Both the position numbers and the translations under genes were made by a program. Shown here one piece after another: positions 58,902 to 64,000 of a stretch of DNA of 64,000 bases. The first letter of the stretch is position 1; every line of letters starts with the position of its first letter. The notes under the pieces are model-generated. The model saw only the letters and a list, made by a program, of their open reading frames with translations, made no database searches and was not told the DNA's origin. Source of the stretch: an uncultured delta proteobacterium (GTDB lineage Bacteria > Desulfobacterota > Desulfobacteria > Desulfobacterales > B30-G6); NCBI GenBank assembly GCA_963823335.1, contig CAWGLD010000004.1:416001-480000 (forward strand), given 5' to 3'.

Positions 58902-59048
58902 ATGATAAACAGGACACTACTCCCCGACAATGATGGAAGGCGTTCCAACTGGGAACGACGCCAATTTTCGTATGCCTTGCATATTCCTGAAAGAAGATTG
59001 GCAAAAGACCGCCGAAATAGCGTGGATAGACGCAGCACAGAGAAATAA
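58902..59048 (+). CDS. Small Arg-rich protein with repeated (D/E)RR motifs (48 aa)
   Basis: MINRTLLPDNDGRRSNWERRQFSYALHIPERRLAKDRRNSVDRRSTEK, followed by a terminator. Confidence 0.55.
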   Translation: MINRTLLPDNDGRRSNWERRQFSYALHIPERRLAKDRRNSVDRRSTEK

Positions 59049-59082
59049 TGCGCTAGGGGCGACATAATCCTTCAAAACATGT

Positions 59083-59115
59083 AAGCAGGGTCAATGACGA
59101 CCCTGCTTTTTTTTT
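59083..59115 (+). terminator. Rho-independent terminator
   Basis: AAGCAGGGTC-aatgac-GACCCTGCTT followed by a T-run. Confidence 0.85.
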
Positions 59116-59210
59116 GATTTATGCGCCCTAACACAACCGCAACACTGCAGTTGGCCCATAGAAAAAACCTTATGCTTGATATTATTGCAAAAAAAGACTA
59201 AGGTAAGACA

Positions 59211-59256
59211 ATTCATAGTCGACAGATCAGCGGTCCAAGTCCGCTTTTCGGCTCTA
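59211..59256 (+). repeat. Degenerate 3' half of tRNA-Thr (att-like scar)
   Basis: Ungapped 34/46 match to 56818-56863; T-stem AGCGG/CCGCT preserved. Confidence 0.7.
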
Positions 59257-59275
59257 TTACTATTCCTTGGAACAT

Positions 59276-59797
59276 ATGCTAAAAACCATTCGCCTCATCA
59301 CCCTGATATCCAGCATCGGGTGTTACCTTTTTTATGGCTGTGCCCCTTTGCAGCCGCTGAAGGCACCATCCGCTCGTACCCGGCCCGATGCAGCATACCT
59401 AAACCCAGCCGATTCCGGCAGGATTCTCGATTTGTTATACCAGCAGGTTGAAGCATGGGAGGGGGTTCCCTATCGTCTGGGGGGTCTCTCCAAAGAGGGC
59501 ATCGACTGTTCCGGATTCGTCTATATGACCTATCTGAACCAATTCAACAAAAGGCTGCCGCGAAACACATATCGGCAATCTAAAGTCGGTGACCAGGTGT
59601 TTCAAAGAGACCTGGACGCCGGTGACCTCATTTTTTTTCGAATAGGGTATTCAACCAGACATGTCGGCATTTACCTTGAAAACGGATTATTTGCACATGC
59701 CTCCAAGAGCAGCGGTGTGATGGTCTCTAACCTGCAAGATACCTACTGGTCAAAACGATACTGGAAGGCCGTTCGTATTAAAATTGACAGGCTATAG
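59276..59797 (+). CDS. NlpC/P60 family lipoprotein peptidase
   Basis: Lipobox FYGC; PYRLGG, DCSGF, GDLIFF, HVGIY, HAS. Confidence 0.93.
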   Translation: MLKTIRLITLISSIGCYLFYGCAPLQPLKAPSARTRPDAAYLNPADSGRILDLLYQQVEAWEGVPYRLGGLSKEGIDCSGFVYMTYLNQFNKRLPRNTYRQSKVGDQVFQRDLDAGDLIFFRIGYSTRHVGIYLENGLFAHASKSSGVMVSNLQDTYWSKRYWKAVRIKIDRL

Positions 59798-60019
59798 GTT
59801 TTAAGCTACCTTGATTTAAACTCGGTTCAATGCCCAAATTGTAAAAAAAGTTTGTTTTGCAGCAAGAAAATTAGAGCACTTACGAAAACATGCACGAAGT
59901 GTCCGTAAAGAACAAATTTGAGAGACACAAACCTTTCAATGACCTTTTTCGTGGTTTCGTTCTTTCGTGATAATAGCTCTTTTCTTCTGCGGTATGTCCG
60001 GACAAGGTTAAGGCGACTT

Positions 60020-61957
60020 ATGAAAAAGAAGATACTGATTGTTGACGATAACCGGCTTCTGCGAAAATTCCTGTCAACCCATCTGGGAAAAGAGGGCCAC
60101 TACGTCCAGACAGCGGAAGATGGCTTTGCCGCCCTGGAACTCCTTTCCACATTTACACCCGACATCATCTTCATCGACCTTTTCATGCCCAAAATCGACG
60201 GCGAACGCCTGTGCCAGATCATACGCTCCAGAAAGACATTGGCAAACTGCCATGTCGTCATTCTGTCTGCCGGGATCGCGGAAACAGGAAAGGATTACAC
60301 CAAACTTGGTGCCAATGCCTGTATTGCCAAAGGCTCATTCAGCAGCATGGCAAAAAATGTTCTTACCGCGGTTCAGGATTCCGACACTCCCACCAAAGAG
60401 CATACCCAAAAACCAATTATCGGGCTGGATTCCGTATACTCCCGGCAGTTGACCAGGGAGCTCATTTCTAAAAATCGTCATCTGGAAACGATTCTGGAAA
60501 GTATGACTGAAGGGTTTCTGGAGGTGTTTTCCGAACGGGTTGTATTTGCAAACGAAGCTGCCGTCGAAATGCTGAACACAAGCATGGAAGACTTGTTATA
60601 CGCCTTTCCGCCTGACCTCTTCAAAGGCAGGACACGAAAGTATATCGAAACCCTTATTTCTGCTGAAAATCCCCCGGCATCGAATCAGGACGCTACCTTC
60701 GATGTATACGATCGCAAGATTACAATTAAAAGTTTTCCGGTTGAGGGGGAATCGGATACGTCCATTATCATTCTTTCCGATGTCACCGAGCAGAAAAAAC
60801 TCGAAGAAAAACTTCAGCAGGCAAAAAAAATGGAGGCCATCGGAACCCTCGCGGGAGGTGTCGCCCATGACTTTAACAACCTGTTAATGGGCATCCAGGG
60901 CAATATCTCCCTCATGCTTCTGGATATAGAGGAGGGAGTCCGCCATTTTGAAGAGATAAAAAGCATTGAAAGATGTGTTGAAAGCGCGGCCAAACTTACA
61001 ACCCAGCTCCTGGGTTTTGCGAGGGGCGGAAAATATGTCATCAAAGCCACCAGCTTGAACGATCTGATCGAGAAACTGACCGGGATGTTCCAGCGAACCC
61101 ATAAAAATATTATCTTTCACGAAGTTTACCAACCGGGCCTATGGGCCGTGGAGGTTGATCAGGGGCAGATTGAACAGGTGATGCTGAATCTCTACCTCAA
61201 CGCCTGTCAGGCCATCCTCGATAAAGGTGACATCACTGTTAAGACCGAAAACGTGTTCCTCGATAAAAGCATGGCCAAGTCATTCGACCTCAAGTCCAAA
61301 AAATATGTCAAAATATCCGTCATCGATACCGGTGCCGGTATGGATAACCAGGTCCGTCAGAGAATCTTTGAGCCTTTCTTCACCACCAAAGAGGTCGGTA
61401 AAGGCTCTGGAATGGGTCTGGCCTCGGCCTTCGGCATTATCAGGAACCACAACGGCATCATCGACTGTCAGAGCAAAAAAGGTAAAGGAAGTACTTTCAG
61501 CATTTATTTACCCGCCTCATATTTCTCGGCCATGAAGGATAGCGAAGAAGACATCGTCCTTTTAAAAGGCTCAGAAACCATACTACTCGTGGATGATGAA
61601 AGTGTCATACTCAAGGTAGAACGGCAACTGCTGAAAGAACTCGGCTACAAGGTTATGATTGCCAGAAACGGAAAATCGGCCCTGAAGATCTTTTCAGCCT
61701 GTCATGACGATATCGATCTCGTTATACTGGACATTGTCATGCCAGAAATGGATGGGAAAGAGGTCTATGCCAGGATGAAACAAATCAATCCCGATCTTCA
61801 TGTTTTGCTGGCAAGCGGCTACGGCATCGATTGGCAGGCACAAACAATGATCGAGGATGGATGCCATGGTTTCATTCAAAAACCATTTAAATTCAATGAG
61901 GTGTCCCTGCAGATCCGAAAAATCCTGGAAAAATCGCAGAGCACGCCCCCGCATTAA
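60020..61957 (+). CDS. Hybrid sensor histidine kinase (REC-PAS-HisKA-HATPase-REC)
   Basis: ILIVDD, GGVAHDFNN, NLYLNA, DTGAG, FEPFFTTK, GMGL, C-terminal receiver. Confidence 0.93.
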   Translation: MKKKILIVDDNRLLRKFLSTHLGKEGHYVQTAEDGFAALELLSTFTPDIIFIDLFMPKIDGERLCQIIRSRKTLANCHVVILSAGIAETGKDYTKLGANACIAKGSFSSMAKNVLTAVQDSDTPTKEHTQKPIIGLDSVYSRQLTRELISKNRHLETILESMTEGFLEVFSERVVFANEAAVEMLNTSMEDLLYAFPPDLFKGRTRKYIETLISAENPPASNQDATFDVYDRKITIKSFPVEGESDTSIIILSDVTEQKKLEEKLQQAKKMEAIGTLAGGVAHDFNNLLMGIQGNISLMLLDIEEGVRHFEEIKSIERCVESAAKLTTQLLGFARGGKYVIKATSLNDLIEKLTGMFQRTHKNIIFHEVYQPGLWAVEVDQGQIEQVMLNLYLNACQAILDKGDITVKTENVFLDKSMAKSFDLKSKKYVKISVIDTGAGMDNQVRQRIFEPFFTTKEVGKGSGMGLASAFGIIRNHNGIIDCQSKKGKGSTFSIYLPASYFSAMKDSEEDIVLLKGSETILLVDDESVILKVERQLLKELGYKVMIARNGKSALKIFSACHDDIDLVILDIVMPEMDGKEVYARMKQINPDLHVLLASGYGIDWQAQTMIEDGCHGFIQKPFKFNEVSLQIRKILEKSQSTPPH

Positions 61958-61996
61958 CCCGGCTATTTTCAATTTTACCAATAAGATAGGAACGGC

Positions 61997-62025
61997 TTGA
62001 CTTAAATAAAAAAAACGTATATAAT
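61997..62025 (+). promoter_or_regulatory. Near-consensus sigma70 promoter
   Basis: TTGACT-17 nt-TATAAT. Confidence 0.75.
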
Positions 62026-62085
62026 ATAGGCATTTATAAAAAAGATCACCTATTTTATCCCAGAAAACCCGGTGGAGCTTGATAG

Positions 62086-62220
62086 ATGAAAGAACCTGAA
62101 GAACTGCAGATCCTGGCCGAAATGGAAGAAATCTCAAAAAACATCGACCACATCCTCCACAAAATCGAGCATCTTGACCCTGGCAAGATGGATAACTCAT
62201 CTCAGCACGAAGACGGATAG
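62086..62220 (+). CDS. Small acidic coiled-coil-like protein (44 aa; below the ORF-track cutoff)
   Basis: GGAG RBS; MKEPEELQILAEMEEISKNIDHILHKIEHLDPGKMDNSSQHEDG; lies between the promoter and ihfA. Confidence 0.55.
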   Translation: MKEPEELQILAEMEEISKNIDHILHKIEHLDPGKMDNSSQHEDG

Positions 62221-62315
62221 CCGTCATGATAACTAGCTGTGTCGCATACGATCCAAAGGCTCATCAATTTTCATGAACTGTTCGGGTCAGGTTTATTTTT
62301 GCAACAGGAGGCTCC

Positions 62316-62594
62316 ATGGTATTAACAAAAAATGATATTGCTGCAAAAGTCCATGAGCTCGGTTTCACCAAAAAAAAAGCCGTTGACACGGTGGAATCTA
62401 TTTTGGAAATTATCAAGCAGGCCCTTGCGAATGGGGATGACGTACTTGTCTCAGGATTTGGAAAGTTCTGTGTCAAGAACAAAAGAGCCAGACGCGGAAG
62501 AAATCCGGCCACGGGTTCGGACTTGACCCTCAGGGAAAGAAAAGTCGTAACTTTCAAATGCTCCGGGAATTTACGAAATCGTATCAACACATAA
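62316..62594 (+). CDS. ihfA: Integration host factor alpha subunit
   Basis: LTKNDI, VSGFGKF, R.GRNPATG, RKVVTFKCS..LR; RBS AGGAGG. Confidence 0.88.
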   Translation: MVLTKNDIAAKVHELGFTKKKAVDTVESILEIIKQALANGDDVLVSGFGKFCVKNKRARRGRNPATGSDLTLRERKVVTFKCSGNLRNRINT

Positions 62595-62615
62595 TAAATC
62601 CGTAAATCGGATTCA

Positions 62616-64000
62616 TTATGTCATCATCTTGCGTAACACATACGGCAATATACCGCCATTTTCAAAATAAGCCACATCCACGGCTGTATCGAGTCTCGAC
62701 GTCACATCAAACACGCTTTCCTTTCCGTCTCTGCCCACGGCCTTCACTTGCAACTGTTTGCGGGGCACCATGTTCTCGACACCTTTTATGGAAAATGTCT
62801 CTGTGCCGTCCAGACCCAGACTTTCCCACGTATCATCCCCATTGAACACCAGCGGCAGCACCCCCATACCCACCAGATTGCTCCTGTGAATCCGCTCAAA
62901 AGATTTCGCCACAACGGCTTTCACATTCAACAGGCTGGTACCCTTTGCCGCCCAGTCCCGAGAAGAACCGGTCCCATATTCTATACCACCCAGGACGACG
63001 AGTGATTTGTCCGCCTCGATGGCTTGCATGGCGGCCTCGTAGACGAACACTTCTTTCTTTTCCGGAAATACCAGGGTGTAGCTCCCCTCTTTCGGCGACA
63101 CCAGTTGATTCTTGATGCGGATATTCCCGAAGGTCCCCCGCATCATGACCTCATGGTTTCCTCTCCTGGAACCATATGAATTGAACTTGTCCGGTGATAC
63201 ACCCTTATCCATCAAATACTGTCCCGCAGGATAGGCTTCCGGTATGGCACCTGCCGGCGAGATATGATCCGTGGTGACGGAGTCCCCCAGCACCAGCAAT
63301 GCATCCGCATCCGCGATATCCGCTGGTTTGGACATCTCCAGTTGAAACCCATCGAAATAAGGCGGTTTTCGAATATAGGTCGAATCCTCATCCCACTCAA
63401 ACGTAGTACTTTCCGTCACCGCCAGCTGCCCCCAGAATTCATCGCCTTGAAAAATTCTGCTATACTGATCAGCATAAAATGATTGCCGAATATGCTTTGT
63501 CACCAGTTCCTGGATTTCGTCATCACCCGGCCAGATATCTTTCATGTAGACAGGTGCCTGGTCTCCATCGAATGCGACGGGCTCCCTGGTGACATCGATA
63601 TCTATCCTGCCTGCAATGGCATAGAGAATCACCAGCATCGGGGAGGCCAGAAAATTGGCCCTGATTTTCTGATGGATCCTGGCCTCGAAATTTCGGTTGC
63701 CGGAAAGCACCGCCGCCACGGTGAGTTGCTGGTCCACAATCTCTTTCTCAATCTCCGGATGGAGCGGTCCACTGTTGCCGATACAGGTCGTGCATCCAAA
63801 CGCAACCAGATGAAAGCCGAGTTCTTCCAGATACGGCATCAACCCGGCATCGTTCAGGTAGTCCACAACAACCCTGGACCCCGGCGCTAATGACGTTTTG
63901 ACATAGGAAGGTACGCGAACACCTTTTTCGACTGCGTTTTTGGCCAGAAGTCCTGCACCCAGCATGGCAAACGGATTGGATGTATTGGTACAGGAGGTGA
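62616..64000 (-). CDS. acnA: Aconitate hydratase A (C-terminal part; runs off window end)
   Basis: TSCTNTSNP, KTSLAPGS, GCTTCIGNSG, SGNRNFE, TTDHISPAG, YGTGSSRDWAAK, FERIHRSNL. Confidence 0.96.
   Translation of the reverse strand, partial: TSCTNTSNPFAMLGAGLLAKNAVEKGVRVPSYVKTSLAPGSRVVVDYLNDAGLMPYLEELGFHLVAFGCTTCIGNSGPLHPEIEKEIVDQQLTVAAVLSGNRNFEARIHQKIRANFLASPMLVILYAIAGRIDIDVTREPVAFDGDQAPVYMKDIWPGDDEIQELVTKHIRQSFYADQYSRIFQGDEFWGQLAVTESTTFEWDEDSTYIRKPPYFDGFQLEMSKPADIADADALLVLGDSVTTDHISPAGAIPEAYPAGQYLMDKGVSPDKFNSYGSRRGNHEVMMRGTFGNIRIKNQLVSPKEGSYTLVFPEKKEVFVYEAAMQAIEADKSLVVLGGIEYGTGSSRDWAAKGTSLLNVKAVVAKSFERIHRSNLVGMGVLPLVFNGDDTWESLGLDGTETFSIKGVENMVPRKQLQVKAVGRDGKESVFDVTSRLDTAVDVAYFENGGILPYVLRKMMT

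Larger units (their letters stand above)
56864..59256. mobile_element. Relic tRNA-anchored genomic islet (no integrase)
   Basis: Bounded by tRNA-Thr and a degenerate copy of its 3' half; AT-rich cargo gene and gene remnants inside. Confidence 0.6.

Noticed and set aside
1-64000. Selenocysteine read-through or programmed frameshifts
   Set aside because: Recognised genes appear complete at their stops; the only frame break seen, in IS110, is explained by deletion

Overview
Chromosomal window, apparently from a Desulfobacterota (Desulfobacterales-like) bacterium; this is inferred from ahbC-hemB-ahbD, PPi-PFK and the mgtE-recO-glyQS gene order. It is mostly housekeeping: smc, ftsY, glyQS, recO, mfd, surA-like genes, serB, ihfA/ihfB, acnA, an amino-acid ABC transporter, a usp-mrpABCDEFG cassette and tRNA-Thr(CGT). 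Less ordinary content: (i) an uncharacterised operon encoding a membrane-anchored AMIN protein, a small coiled-coil protein, two paralogous TPR-cNMP-PilZ proteins around a MinD/FlhG-type ATPase, plus a convergent PilZ gene; (ii) a 1393-aa PPDK-like dikinase that lacks the pyruvate domain and is paired with an enlarged GAPDH; (iii) an internally deleted IS110 that keeps structured non-coding ends (bridge-RNA candidate); (iv) about seven dispersed long hairpins sharing a covarying core but different arms, plus several other intergenic repeat families; (v) a 2.4-kb relic island between tRNA-Thr and a degenerate copy of its 3' half. No CRISPR array or rRNA was seen. All calls come from motif recognition by eye; no searches were run.
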